A program made the translations under genes and the position numbers. Shown piece after piece: positions 39,443-50,761 of a stretch of 64,000 bases of DNA. The notes beneath the pieces are model-generated. The model saw nothing but the letters and a program-made list of their open reading frames with translations, made no database searches and had not been told where the DNA came from. The stretch is from Deinococcus sp. (GTDB lineage: Bacteria; Deinococcota; Deinococci; Deinococcales; Deinococcaceae): the NCBI GenBank assembly GCA_965261005.1, contig OZ253375.1, forward strand, positions 800,001 to 864,000, written 5' to 3'. Position 1 is the stretch's first letter; the number at the start of each line of letters is the position of its first letter.

Positions 39443-40429
39443 TTAGCGGTTGCGCTCCTCGGGCGTGACGATGATGACTTCTTCCCCGGCCATACTGGTC
39501 ATACCCGCGTTGGAGGTGTTAGAAGTGTCGCCCGACTGAGCGTTGTTCGATACACCCTGCTTGCCCAAATTGGTCGGCTCGCCCTTGGGCGGGGCGGAGT
39601 GGTACGCCGCGGGCGCGGCCGGCAGGTGTGGCTCTTGGCCCACCGCGAACGGCTCGGCGATGTAGTTGAAGGTGCCCTTGCCGTCGGGCGCCTGGCCCTG
39701 CGCCCACGGTCCCTCGCCGCTCTTGGTGTCGCTCGGGTTCTGGGCGTAGGCCATAAAGGCGTAGGCGTACTTCTGGTTTTCCTGGTCGAGCGGGAAGTCG
39801 GCCGGCGTGGGCAGGGCCGCGTCGCGCCCGCCGAACTCGTCGAGGGCCGCCAGCCACTGCAACTGGTGCATGTGGTCGCGGGCGATCATGAACTTGAGCA
39901 TGTCGCGCACGCCGGTGTCCTCGGTGAGTTCATACACCCGGCAGGCTTGCAGGCGGCCGTTCATCTCCTTGGTGGCGTTGTCGTAGAGGTCGGGCACGAC
40001 GTTGCCGCTGGCGACGATGTAACCGGCCGTCCAAGGGTTGCCCACGCTGTCGGCGGGTAGCGCCCCGAGGCCGGTCACGATGGCGTGCTGCGGGGAGGCG
40101 TTCTCGAAGATGGAGCGCAGGTCGGCGCTCTTCTGCATGGCCTGGTCCTGCGAATCCGAGTCGCCGCTCAGCAGCATGGCCGCGCAGGTGGAGACCATCT
40201 CGACGTGGGCGATCTCCTCCATGGCCGTGTCGAGCAGCATGTCCTTGAGGCGCGCCAGGCGCACGTCGTTCTTGTCGCCGCGCAGCCCCCAGCCTTGGAA
40301 CAGGTACTGCATCATGACGCTCATCTCGCCGTAGTGGCCGCCGATCAGCTCCTGAATGGCGAGCGCCAGCTTGGGATCGGGGGCGTCCACGCGGACGGTG
40401 TACTGAAGCTGCTTGTTGCGGGTATACAT
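39443..40429 (-). CDS. Manganese catalase
   Basis: ELIGGHYGEMS..MQYLFQ, DTAMEEIAHVEM, ARDHMHQ; ATG 40429 with GGAGG. Confidence 0.92.
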   Translation of the reverse strand: MYTRNKQLQYTVRVDAPDPKLALAIQELIGGHYGEMSVMMQYLFQGWGLRGDKNDVRLARLKDMLLDTAMEEIAHVEMVSTCAAMLLSGDSDSQDQAMQKSADLRSIFENASPQHAIVTGLGALPADSVGNPWTAGYIVASGNVVPDLYDNATKEMNGRLQACRVYELTEDTGVRDMLKFMIARDHMHQLQWLAALDEFGGRDAALPTPADFPLDQENQKYAYAFMAYAQNPSDTKSGEGPWAQGQAPDGKGTFNYIAEPFAVGQEPHLPAAPAAYHSAPPKGEPTNLGKQGVSNNAQSGDTSNTSNAGMTSMAGEEVIIVTPEERNR

Positions 40430-40673
40430 GTCGAAACCTCCAAAGGGAAAGGCCGGCCGGATGGACTTCACCCGGCAAGAATATTGCCCTACTTCGGCGT
40501 ATGAATAGAGCACGCCCTTTCGCAGCAAACCCAGTCTAGGCGGCTTGCTTTTTGCGCGCCCAGACGCATGTTTTAGTCATCTCTTATTCATTGGCTTCAT
40601 TCTCGGGACTTCTTGAGGGGGCGATGTAGATGTGCCCTCAACGGGCTTTATCAAGCGTCTGCTAGCCTGCCCC

Positions 40674-41024
40674 ATGCTCAAACACGTCTCCTTCGTCACC
40701 CGCGACGCGGACGCCACCGCCGCGTTTTATACCCGGTTGGGCGGCCGGCTTTTGAAAGACGTGACCGCCCCGGACGGGCTGCGCCGCCTGGTCATCGGCT
40801 TTGCGGGCGGCAAGCTGCAATTTTTTATCGGGGAGCCACATGTGGGCGCGTCCTGGATGGATCACGTCGCCTTGATCCTGCCCGATCTACGGGCAACCTT
40901 GGCGAACTTGCGGGCGGGCGGCGTCCCCTTTTCGCGCGAACCACACCTCTCCCCCGGCGGCAACCCGGTCGCCTTCGTACTCGACCCCGACGGCCGCCAG
41001 GTGGAGTTGCTGCAAGGGGAATAG
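40674..41024 (+). CDS. VOC/glyoxalase family protein
   Basis: LKHVSF, DHVAL, FVLDPDGRQVEL. Confidence 0.88.
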   Translation: MLKHVSFVTRDADATAAFYTRLGGRLLKDVTAPDGLRRLVIGFAGGKLQFFIGEPHVGASWMDHVALILPDLRATLANLRAGGVPFSREPHLSPGGNPVAFVLDPDGRQVELLQGE

Positions 41025-41025
41025 C

Positions 41026-42132
41026 TTATGGCCCGTCCTTGTACACCCGGCTCGGGTAGTAATACTCGTGCAGCAACACCTTGCCCAGCGCCGCCAGCGG
41101 CACCGCGACCAGGGCGCCCACGATGCCGGCCAGCGTGAGGCCGGCCAGAATGGCGAGGACCACCGTGACCGGGTGCAGGTCGGTGGAGCGGCCCAGGATA
41201 AGGGGCGAAAAGACGTGCCCCTCCAACTGGTTGGCCAGCACGAACACGCCGACCACCAGCAAGACCTTGACCCAGCCGAGCGGCAGCGCCAACAGCAAGG
41301 CCGGCGTGATGGCGATGATGACGCCCAAGTACGGCACGATGTTGGTGATGCCCGCCAGAAAGCCGATGGCAAGGGCCGACGGCAGCCCGATGATCGCGAG
41401 GCCCAAGCCGATCAGGGTGCCCACGATGGCCGCGATCAAAATCTGGCCGCGCAGGTAGCCGCCGACCGCGTGCTCCACGTTGCGCGACAAGTCCAGCACG
41501 AAGGGCTGCCAAGCGCGCGGAAAGATGCGCAACAGGGTGAGGCCGATGCGCTCGAAGTCGGACATCATGTAGATGCTCAGGATCAGGATGGCGACCGATT
41601 GCGCCAGCACGTTCGCCACGCTGACCAGGCTGCCGAATAGCACGCCGTTGTAGGACACCAAGCGCTCCAAAAAAGGGCCAACGCTGCGCGTCAGGGTTGC
41701 GGCGCCGTTTTGGGTCAGGCTGGTGATCTGCTCTCGGAAGCTCTTGACAAAGGAATTGTCGCCGTACTGCGTGAATAAGCCGTTGACCCAGATTGTCGCG
41801 CGGGCGGCCAAGTCGGGCACCTGGTTGGCCAAACTGAGAAACTGGTTCGCCACCACGAACACCAGCGACGAGGCCACCGCGACCAGGCCCAGCAGCAGCA
41901 GGATCACCAGCAGAATGCCCACCCCGCGCGGAATGCGCCGCCGCTGAAGCCAATTGAGCAGCGGGTTGGCCAGGTAGGCGATGATATAGGCGATCAGCGC
42001 CAGCGTGACCACCTCGCTGACCCGGCCGACGAGGCGGTAGAGCAGGTAGAGCAGCAGCAAAAAGACGGCGGCGCGCAGGTAGGGATTGCGCCACACCTCA
42101 GCAAAGGCGTTTCTGGGACGGTCGGCGTTCAC
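41026..42132 (-). CDS. AI-2E family transporter
   Basis: GGYLRGQ, NIVPYLG, QLEGHVFSPLILG, LHP. Confidence 0.92.
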   Translation of the reverse strand: MNADRPRNAFAEVWRNPYLRAAVFLLLLYLLYRLVGRVSEVVTLALIAYIIAYLANPLLNWLQRRRIPRGVGILLVILLLLGLVAVASSLVFVVANQFLSLANQVPDLAARATIWVNGLFTQYGDNSFVKSFREQITSLTQNGAATLTRSVGPFLERLVSYNGVLFGSLVSVANVLAQSVAILILSIYMMSDFERIGLTLLRIFPRAWQPFVLDLSRNVEHAVGGYLRGQILIAAIVGTLIGLGLAIIGLPSALAIGFLAGITNIVPYLGVIIAITPALLLALPLGWVKVLLVVGVFVLANQLEGHVFSPLILGRSTDLHPVTVVLAILAGLTLAGIVGALVAVPLAALGKVLLHEYYYPSRVYKDGP

Positions 42133-42179
42133 CCGGCCAAGCTAACACGCGCCGGCCCTGATTTTTCAGGAATGACGCT

Positions 42180-42317
42180 TCATCCGGATTCCGCTCAATT
42201 CCGTACAGTCGAGAACAGCGCTCGCCTGTACTCCATACCGCGAAACCCGTATCTCTTTCCTCCTCGCGCCGCTCCGAAGATTTCCGTACTGTACGGAAAT
42301 CTTCGGAATTCTTATCA
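42180..42317. repeat. Deinococcus SRE/SNR-type small non-coding repeat, copy B (inverted relative to copy A)
   Basis: TCATCCGGATTCCG...CGGAATTCTTATCA termini; 17-bp-arm palindrome at 42273-42307; homologous to 5595-5735. Confidence 0.72.
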
Positions 42318-43334
42318 AGGAAACTGGCGGCTGACCGGGGCCGCGCCCGATCCCAGCGGCACCGGCGCGCCCGCGCCGACCGAGGCCAGCACGGCCCCCG
42401 GCACCCCGGCCCGCACCGTCACGCCCGCCGGAAACTGCTTGCTGCTGCCCACGGCGGGAATGCCCTCGTACAGCACTTGGCCGCCGGCAGCCGTCACGCG
42501 CACCCACGAGCGGCCGGCGAAGCGCAAGGTTACGCCGCCGTCGCCGGGCGGGATTGAACCGGCCGCGTTCGGGGCTACTGGAGTGGCCGGAGCTGAATTG
42601 GCCGGAGCTGGGACGGCCTGGCCCGACGGGGCCTGCTCCGAAGCTGCCGTTCCCGAAGCCGCCGGCTTGTCCGGGGCGACCGAAAGGCCCACCGTCAGGT
42701 TGCGGCTTTGGTCGAGGGTCACCTGCTGGGTGACGGTGGTGTAGCCGCCCAGCTGCACGCGCAGCTGGCCGCTGGCCCGCGCCTCCAAGGGGAAACTCTC
42801 AATAGGCGTCTCGCCCAGGTAGCGGTTGTCCAGGTACACCCGCGCGCCGGCGGGCGTGCTGCTGACGTTGAGGCGAACCTGGCGCCCCAGCGCCGGCGCG
42901 CTGGGGACGGCGGGCGGCGAGGGCAGGCTGGCCGCCCGGGATTGCCACAGCGCGTAGCCGAACCAACCGGCGGCGCCCAGCACCACGGCGGCGCTCAGCA
43001 GCGCCAGGACGGCGCCAAAGGGAAGGACCGCGCGCCGCGCGCCGGCCGGGCCGCGCAGCGCTTGGCTGATCTCGGGGTGCTGCGGCATGGCGCGGTCGAA
43101 CTCGGCCAGGGGACCGCTCGCGTCCAGGCCCAATTCGGCGGCGTAGCGCCGCACGAAGCTGCGCGCGAAGGGGCGCTCGGGCAGCGCGGCGTAGTTGCCC
43201 TCCTCCAGCGCCCGCAGGTAGTCACCGCTGATCTTGGTGGCTTGGGCGACGTCTTGCAGCGAGCGGCCTTGCGCCTGGCGCGCTTGGCGCAGGCTTTCTC
43301 CGGCAGTCGAATGGCGCGCTTCCACGGGGGTCAA
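42315..43334 (-). CDS. RodZ-like protein (HTH, TM, PEGA, DUF4115)
   Basis: LRQARQAQGRSL...ALEEGNY.LPE; single TM; SSTPAGARVYLD PEGA; SWVRV. Confidence 0.85.
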   Translation of the reverse strand: MTPVEARHSTAGESLRQARQAQGRSLQDVAQATKISGDYLRALEEGNYAALPERPFARSFVRRYAAELGLDASGPLAEFDRAMPQHPEISQALRGPAGARRAVLPFGAVLALLSAAVVLGAAGWFGYALWQSRAASLPSPPAVPSAPALGRQVRLNVSSTPAGARVYLDNRYLGETPIESFPLEARASGQLRVQLGGYTTVTQQVTLDQSRNLTVGLSVAPDKPAASGTAASEQAPSGQAVPAPANSAPATPVAPNAAGSIPPGDGGVTLRFAGRSWVRVTAAGGQVLYEGIPAVGSSKQFPAGVTVRAGVPGAVLASVGAGAPVPLGSGAAPVSRQFP

Positions 43335-43367
43335 CTTATCATGAAGGTGGGGTCAGCAAGTCAAGGA

Positions 43368-44279
43368 TCACCCCTCGAAGGGGCGGCCCAGGGCGCGCGG
43401 GGCGCTGGCGCGGCCGGTGAAGATCAGGGCCAGCACCGTGATCAGGTAGGGGGTCGCCTCCACCAAGGCCGAGGGCAGGATGTCGCGCCCGCCGAGCTGA
43501 ATCGCCAGGGCGCGCAGCAAGCCGAACAGCACGGTGGCGCCCAGCACATTGAGCGGCCTCCACTTGCCGAAGATCAAGGCTGCCAGCGCGATAAACCCCT
43601 GTCCGGCCGACAAATTCTTGGTAAAGGCGTCGAGGTTGCCAATCGAGAGGAACACGCCCGCCGTGCCAGCCAGCGCCCCCGAGAGCGCCACGGCGCCGTA
43701 GCGCACCGCCGGCACGTTCACGCCCATCGAGGCGCTGGCCTCGGGGTGCTCCCCGGTGGCGCGCAGCCTGAGGCCGTAGGGGGTGCGGTAGAGCACGTAG
43801 GCGCTGAGGGCCACCATGACAAAGGCGAAGTACACCGGCGGCGAGAAGCTGAAGTCCCCCGAACCCCACAGCGGCAGCGGGTGCGCTACAGCGCGCGAGT
43901 CGGTCGAGGTGCCGTACAAGGCGTTGAGCAGCACCGGCGGCGCGCCCAGCGCGAGCAGGTTGATGGCAGTCCCCGAGATGATCTGGTCGGCGCGGTAGCG
44001 AATGCTGACCACGCCGTGGATCAGGGCGATCAGGGCGCCGGTCAGCGCGCCCAGCAGCCAGCCGGCCCACGGCGCCAAGGCGCCCAGCGGCGCGTCAAGC
44101 CGCTCGGTGAAGACCGCCCCGGCCAAGGCCCCGAAGATGATCAGGCCCTCCAGGGCGATGTTCACGACGCCGCTGCGCTCGCAATACAGGCCGCCCAGCG
44201 CGGTCAGCAAGAGGGGCACGATAAAGCGGATGGCCGACGCCACAAAGGCGAGCGTGAGCAGCTGTTCGAGCAAGGCCAT
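43368..44279 (-). CDS. ABC transporter permease (BPD_transp_2, nucleoside/sugar type)
   Basis: ERSGVVNIALEG, LRATGEHP, GQGFIALAALIFGKW. Confidence 0.92.
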   Translation of the reverse strand: MALLEQLLTLAFVASAIRFIVPLLLTALGGLYCERSGVVNIALEGLIIFGALAGAVFTERLDAPLGALAPWAGWLLGALTGALIALIHGVVSIRYRADQIISGTAINLLALGAPPVLLNALYGTSTDSRAVAHPLPLWGSGDFSFSPPVYFAFVMVALSAYVLYRTPYGLRLRATGEHPEASASMGVNVPAVRYGAVALSGALAGTAGVFLSIGNLDAFTKNLSAGQGFIALAALIFGKWRPLNVLGATVLFGLLRALAIQLGGRDILPSALVEATPYLITVLALIFTGRASAPRALGRPFEG

Positions 44280-46246
44280 CAGTCGCGCCTCCCGTCGCCC
44301 AGGGGGTTCGCCGCCGGCACCTGATTCGCGCCCGCGCCCGCGTTCCCCGAGGTGTTGTCCGGCACTTGGCCGAGGGCCTCCCGGCTTTCCAGGGTGCTCT
44401 CCGCGACGTTGGGCGTTCCCACCTCCGGTGGCGGGTCGGTCAGGCGCCGGGACAGAAAGCCGCCCGCCGCGATGAACAGCACGATCAGCGCCTTGAGCAC
44501 CGTCACGATGTCCTTGTCCACCTTGTCGAGCTGCTGGCTGACGTACAGGCCGCCGGTGTCGAGGGTGCCGAACAGCACGCTGGCCGCCACCACGCCCAGC
44601 GGGGTGGATTGACCCATCAGGGCGACCGTGATGCCGTCGAAGCCGACGCTCTCGAAGGGCAAATTCTGGCGCAGGCGGTACTCGTCGAGGGCGCCGCCCA
44701 TAACGTAGTGGGTGGCCGCGAGGCCCGCAAAGGCGCCCGCGACCGTCATGGCCAGCACGGTGTTCCTCGCCACGCTGATGCCGCCGTACTCGGCCGCCTT
44801 GGGCGAAAAGCCCACCGCCCTGAGCGCGTAGCCGCCCGAGGTGCGCCACATATACAGCGCGAAGAAAACCACGCTCGCCAGCGCGATCAGAAACGAGAGG
44901 TTCAGGCGGCTGGAGGTCACGTTGCCGGTCGCCTGAACCGTCACGCCGAACCACGACCACGAGGCGATCAGGGTCGCGGCGGCGGCCCCCAGGGAGACCG
45001 GCGTGCGGTACTTGCGCCGCGCCAAGGCGAAGTACAGCACCCCGAAGACCAAGAGGGCCAAGGCGGGCGCCAGCGTCAGAAAGCCTTGGGCGCCGCTTTG
45101 AAAGCCCAGCAGGTCGGGCACGCTGGGCAGCCGCGCGCCGGGCCGCAGCTCGTAGCTTCTGGCCTCGAAGCCGGGCGCCTTGAAGGGCAGGCTGTACTGA
45201 CGCCCGAACAAGGGAAAGCTGTTCGAGCCGATCAAAAAGATGAACAGCGACGAGGCGACGTAGTTGAGCATAATGGTGTTGATGACCTCGCTGGCCCCGA
45301 AGCGCGCCCTTAAAAAGCCCGGAATGGCCCCCCATAGGGCGCCGCCCAAGGCCGCCGCGATCACCGTGACCGGCAACAGCAGCACGCCCGGCAGCGGCAG
45401 GTACACGCCGGCCAGCATGGCGAACACCGCGCCGACCGCCAGCTGCCCCGGCGCCCCGATGTTAAAGAGGCCCGCCCGAAAGGCGAAGGCGACTGCCAGG
45501 CCCGTGAAAATCAGCGGCGTGGCCAAGGTCAAACTTTGGAAAAAGTCGCCCAGGTTGGTCAGCGGCGCGAACAAGGTCGAGTACACGAACCACACCAAGT
45601 CGAGCTTGCCGTACCACGCCACCGCCGGCGTGAGCGGCCCCTCCACCGGCACCGGCTGGATCACCAGCACCACGGCGGCGCCCACCACGATTGCCAACAA
45701 AACGGCGACCAGCGGCACCAGCAGGGCGCGCAAGCGGTTCAGCCGCCCATACCACGCGGGAAAGGCGCTCGCCCCCGCGACCAAGCTGGTCAGGCCCGAG
45801 GCGACCACCGCGAACATGCCCACGTTGAAGCCGCCCGAGCGGTAGGGAATGCGCCGCGCGGGCGTGCCCTGCGCGGCCAATTCGCGCGCCGCCGCGCCGA
45901 GGACGCCTTCAAAGGCGACCACCGCCAGCACGCCCAGCAGCAGGGTTAGCAAACCCGCCGCCCACAGCCAGCGCGACCTGAGCGCGCCCAGCAGCATGCT
46001 GAGCGCCAGGCCCGCCAGCGAGGCCCAGCCGAGGGCCAGGGCCAGCGGCGCGGCCGGCAAGTTCGGCGGCGCGAAGCCCGACACGTCCACCACCCGCCCC
46101 GGAAAGGCCAGCAGGGTCGCCGTGCCGCCGAAGCTGCGCCCGTAGGTCGCGTAGGGAAACGCGAACATTCCCGCCAGCGCCACGGCGGCGACGGCGGCGG
46201 CGAGCAGGGCCGCGAAGCGGGAGGGCCGAACCGGAAGAACGCTCAC
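44279..46246 (-). CDS. ABC transporter permease with N-terminal extension
   Basis: GLFNIGAPGQ, EVINTIMLNY, GFDGITVALMG. Confidence 0.9.
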   Translation of the reverse strand: MSVLPVRPSRFAALLAAAVAAVALAGMFAFPYATYGRSFGGTATLLAFPGRVVDVSGFAPPNLPAAPLALALGWASLAGLALSMLLGALRSRWLWAAGLLTLLLGVLAVVAFEGVLGAAARELAAQGTPARRIPYRSGGFNVGMFAVVASGLTSLVAGASAFPAWYGRLNRLRALLVPLVAVLLAIVVGAAVVLVIQPVPVEGPLTPAVAWYGKLDLVWFVYSTLFAPLTNLGDFFQSLTLATPLIFTGLAVAFAFRAGLFNIGAPGQLAVGAVFAMLAGVYLPLPGVLLLPVTVIAAALGGALWGAIPGFLRARFGASEVINTIMLNYVASSLFIFLIGSNSFPLFGRQYSLPFKAPGFEARSYELRPGARLPSVPDLLGFQSGAQGFLTLAPALALLVFGVLYFALARRKYRTPVSLGAAAATLIASWSWFGVTVQATGNVTSSRLNLSFLIALASVVFFALYMWRTSGGYALRAVGFSPKAAEYGGISVARNTVLAMTVAGAFAGLAATHYVMGGALDEYRLRQNLPFESVGFDGITVALMGQSTPLGVVAASVLFGTLDTGGLYVSQQLDKVDKDIVTVLKALIVLFIAAGGFLSRRLTDPPPEVGTPNVAESTLESREALGQVPDNTSGNAGAGANQVPAANPLGDGRRD

Positions 46247-46293
46247 CCCGGTATTGTAGACACCCGGCGCCCGCCTGCTAGCATAGCGGCGCT

Positions 46294-46710
46294 ATGGAGC
46301 GAACTTTTGCGATGGTCAAACCCGACGGCGTGCGGCGCGGCCTGACGGCCCGGATGTTGCAGCGCTTTCTCGACAAGGGCTACCGCGTGGTGGGCCTCAA
46401 GCAACTGGTCATCTCGCGCGAACTCGCCGAGCAGCACTACGCCGAGCACAAGGAGCGGCCCTTTTTCGACGAGCTGACCAGCTTTATCAGCTCCGGCCCG
46501 GTCGTGGCGATGGCGCTGGAGGGCGAGAACGTGATTTCCGGCCTCCGCGCCATGATGGGCGCCACCAACCCGGCCCAGGCCGAGAGCGGCACCTTTCGCG
46601 CCGATTATGCCACCACCATCGGCGAGAACGTGATTCACGGCAGCGCCAACCCGGAGGACGCGGCGCGGGAACTGGGCCTGTTTTTTCGTGAGGACGAGTT
46701 GCTGACCTGA
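46294..46710 (+). CDS. ndk: Nucleoside diphosphate kinase
   Basis: [22 protein letters not shown]. Confidence 0.97.
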   Translation: MERTFAMVKPDGVRRGLTARMLQRFLDKGYRVVGLKQLVISRELAEQHYAEHKERPFFDELTSFISSGPVVAMALEGENVISGLRAMMGATNPAQAESGTFRADYATTIGENVIHGSANPEDAARELGLFFREDELLT

Positions 46711-46748
46711 GCTGCATGAGCGCTTCTTGATGCTACAATAAAGGCACC

Positions 46749-46934
46749 ATGAACACGTTCGGCATGCGCCGGCTCAACCACCGCGATCAGTACCGCCAAT
46801 ACTTCGCCGTGACCGAAAACGGCGTGGACGTCGCCTACACCGACACGCCCGAAAAGGCCGAGCGTCTGATCGCCGCGCTGCGGGCCTTGAAACAGCTGTG
46901 TGAGCCGGAACAGGTTCAGGTGCAAACGGCGTAA
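46749..46934 (+). CDS. Small hypothetical protein (61 aa)
   Basis: ATG, TACAAT upstream, GC3-rich codons, fills the intergenic gap. Confidence 0.55.
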   Translation: MNTFGMRRLNHRDQYRQYFAVTENGVDVAYTDTPEKAERLIAALRALKQLCEPEQVQVQTA

Positions 46935-47004
46935 ATTGTTCAGAAAACGAGACCCCTCGCCCGCACACCTCCGCTACACTCACCTTGTGAGCAGCGGAGG
47001 TTGT

Positions 47005-48165
<1,161 letters not shown>

Positions 48166-48167
48166 GA

Positions 48168-48524
48168 TCAGGCGTCCGGGTCGGCGTCCCAATCGGTCAG
48201 GGCGTAGACCGTGAGCACGGTGCCGAGCAGGGTCGCAAAGTAGGCGCGCTCGGTTGGCCGTTTGAGGGCGCCCGTCAGCCAGGGCAGCGCCAGCAGGGCG
48301 GGCGCGCTGAAGAGTTCGATTTTGCCGTGGGTGGGAAAGGGGATCTCACGCGCGAGGCCGAGCGGGTAAGCGGTCAGGGCGCTCACGCCCAGATACGCCG
48401 CGCCGAACAGGTAGGACAGCGGGCGCGCGCTGCCCTTCAGGCCGAGCAGGCTGGGGGCAGCGAACGCCAACAGGACGGCGCCATAGTCAATGACGCCGTG
48501 AATTCTCGGGGAGATGGGCTTCAT
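48168..48524 (-). CDS. Small membrane protein (SPW-repeat-like)
   Basis: ISPRIHGVIDY, LTAYPLG, IPFPTH; hydrophobic segments. Confidence 0.7.
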   Translation of the reverse strand: MKPISPRIHGVIDYGAVLLAFAAPSLLGLKGSARPLSYLFGAAYLGVSALTAYPLGLAREIPFPTHGKIELFSAPALLALPWLTGALKRPTERAYFATLLGTVLTVYALTDWDADPDA

Positions 48525-48620
48525 GCGTCCACTCTCCGGTCGGAACGTGCGCCAAGACAAAGCCTGGCGTGAAGAAGCGTTCCTGAACCGCTGAGCTGGG
48601 CTTATAGGGACGACAGACGG

Positions 48621-49820
48621 TCAGGAGTCGCCGGGATTGGGAGGTTGCGGGTTGGAGCTGGGCGGCGCTTGCTCGTTGCCAGGAGTTGGATTGACCGGCG
48701 CCGCGCCGCCGGGCGCCTGTTCGCCTGGAAGCGGGTTGCTTGGCGCCTGATTGCCGGGAGCCGGCGACCCTGAAGTTGGCGGCCCTGAAGTTGGCGATGT
48801 GGCCGGGTCCCCGTCGTCGAACTTGCCGGTGATGGGATTTGTGCCACGCACGACCACCGCCTCGCCGCTGTCGAGGTTGTAGCGGATGGTCTCGGCGCGC
48901 AGGGTTTCCCCCGGCGTGATGGTCTCGGCCGGCTGCCCCGGCGTGCCGCGCAGAATGGCGACGTTCTGGCCGTCGTCGTAGTCCACCCGCCCGGCCTTGC
49001 TGGTGCGCTCGCCGTCCCTCAGCTGCACGTCCCCCACCAAGGTGGTGACCTGTTTTTCCACGTCCACGTCGATGCGCTTGCTGGAGCCGGTCAGCTTTTC
49101 GCGGGTAAAGCTGATCGGGCCGGACACCCGCGCGATGCCGTTTGACTCATCGTAGACCAGCTTGGAGCCGAGCAGCTTGGTCTTGCCCTGCGTGACGCGC
49201 ACGGTGTCGCTCGCCACCTTCGGGTCGGCCTCCACCTCGCACTTGCTCAGGCGGTCGGTCTTGCCCTCGGGCGCCTCGTCGAGGTACTTGGCGGTGCCAG
49301 AACTCATCTCGATGTGGCCGTCCCCCCCCGGTAGCTTGGAGATCACGGCCAGCGGCGCCCGGATCAGGTTTTTGTCCACCGTGACCTCCACCCCGCGCTC
49401 GGTGGTGTTGGAGTAGACCACGATGGTGGGCGCGTCCCCCGGGTCGTCGTCTTGGGGAGCGCAGGTGGCCGAGATGCCGGTCTCATCGGTGCCCACGCGC
49501 TCGATGTTGATGTTGCGCGTCTCACCCGACTTGGTCTTGCGTGTCAGGGTGATGGACACCGAGGGCAAGTCACCGCTCGGCGCGGCTGAAGGTTGGGCGC
49601 CGGAAGGTTGGGTATCAGTGGGCTGGGCGTCTGAGGGCTGGGCGTCGGTAGGTTGGATATCGGTGGGCTGGGCATCCGGCGCTTGATCCGGGGCCGAATC
49701 TGTGGCCGGCGCCTGGCGCTCGGGTGGGAGTGGGGCGCTCGGGGCTTGTTGCGCCAGCGCGGCGCCCAGCAAGAGCAGCGCCAGCGAGCGGGCGAGCCTC
49801 GCACCTGGGTACGGTTTCAC
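48621..49820 (-). CDS. LptA/OstA-like beta-jellyroll protein with Pro-rich termini
   Basis: Signal peptide; repeated LVYDE / VDYDD / IRYNL beta motifs. Confidence 0.7.
   Translation of the reverse strand: MKPYPGARLARSLALLLLGAALAQQAPSAPLPPERQAPATDSAPDQAPDAQPTDIQPTDAQPSDAQPTDTQPSGAQPSAAPSGDLPSVSITLTRKTKSGETRNINIERVGTDETGISATCAPQDDDPGDAPTIVVYSNTTERGVEVTVDKNLIRAPLAVISKLPGGDGHIEMSSGTAKYLDEAPEGKTDRLSKCEVEADPKVASDTVRVTQGKTKLLGSKLVYDESNGIARVSGPISFTREKLTGSSKRIDVDVEKQVTTLVGDVQLRDGERTSKAGRVDYDDGQNVAILRGTPGQPAETITPGETLRAETIRYNLDSGEAVVVRGTNPITGKFDDGDPATSPTSGPPTSGSPAPGNQAPSNPLPGEQAPGGAAPVNPTPGNEQAPPSSNPQPPNPGDS
49590..49680 (-). repeat. Degenerate 15-bp coding tandem repeat (QP[TS]D[AIT])
   Basis: AQPTD IQPTD AQPSD AQPTD TQPSG AQPS. 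Confidence 0.75.
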
Positions 49821-49852
49821 CCCTCTATCCTAGCGGCTGAACTCAACTTGGC

Positions 49853-50734
49853 CTACTTCTCGGTCGAGAGCTTGAACTGGTCCACCGGAATGGTGTAGCC
49901 GCCGGTGAGTTGCCGCACCCGCCCCAAATCGGTGCGCTGCTCCAGCACGTTGCCGGTCACCCTGGTGCCGTCCTTGGCGTTCATGCTGACGGCGTTGCCC
50001 ACGATCACGGCCAGGTTCTTAGCGTCGTTGTAGTACATGGCGTCGCCGGTGGTGGTGGTGTCGCCTGAGGTCAGCTTGACTTGGCCGTTCACGTACATCA
50101 GCTTGCTCTTGGTCAGCAGGCGCGCTTCCTGGCCGGTGATGGTCAGGGCCTTTTGCCGGCCCGAGGGGGCGCGGCTCATCTGCAAGTTGCCGGTCAGGCG
50201 GGCCAGCTCGCGCTTTTCGTCGAAGGTGAGCGCGTCGCTCTTGCCGTTCTGGGTGCCGCTTTGCAAGTTGACGTTGCCGGTGGAGGTGCTCACGTCGGTG
50301 TCCACGTCGAGGCTCATTTGGCCGGCGCTGATGGTCACCGGGTCGTCGGTCTTCTTATCGGGGGCGAAGGTCGCGCTGGGGCTGCCCTTGAGAACGCCCA
50401 CGCCGTTCAGCTCGGAGTAATCGAGGGTCGGCCCCTTGGCGGTCAGGCGCCCGCGCGTCACGGTCACGTCGCCGGAAAAGTCGGCCTCGCGCTTGCCCTC
50501 CGCGCTGGTGATGGGGGTGCCGCTTGGGGCCGACAGCACCGCCCTCGGCGCACTGATCTTGAGGGTGCTGACAGTGGCCTTGACGGGGTTCTGCGGGCTG
50601 CCGGTGAAGATGTATGGGCCGTTGCGCAAGTCGCCCGTGAAGCTCTTGCTCTCCATTTGCAAAATGCGCTCGTTCTTGTCGGCGGCGAGGGCGGCGCCCA
50701 GCAAGGCGACGAGCAACAGGGACGTGCGTTTCAT
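49853..50734 (-). CDS. LptA/OstA-like protein
   Basis: Signal peptide; FSGDVTVTRG, TGNVNL, GDAMYYND beta-jellyroll pattern. Confidence 0.75.
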   Translation of the reverse strand: MKRTSLLLVALLGAALAADKNERILQMESKSFTGDLRNGPYIFTGSPQNPVKATVSTLKISAPRAVLSAPSGTPITSAEGKREADFSGDVTVTRGRLTAKGPTLDYSELNGVGVLKGSPSATFAPDKKTDDPVTISAGQMSLDVDTDVSTSTGNVNLQSGTQNGKSDALTFDEKRELARLTGNLQMSRAPSGRQKALTITGQEARLLTKSKLMYVNGQVKLTSGDTTTTGDAMYYNDAKNLAVIVGNAVSMNAKDGTRVTGNVLEQRTDLGRVRQLTGGYTIPVDQFKLSTEK

Positions 50735-50761
50735 GGGGTCCTCCTCACGCGATTTCTGGAA

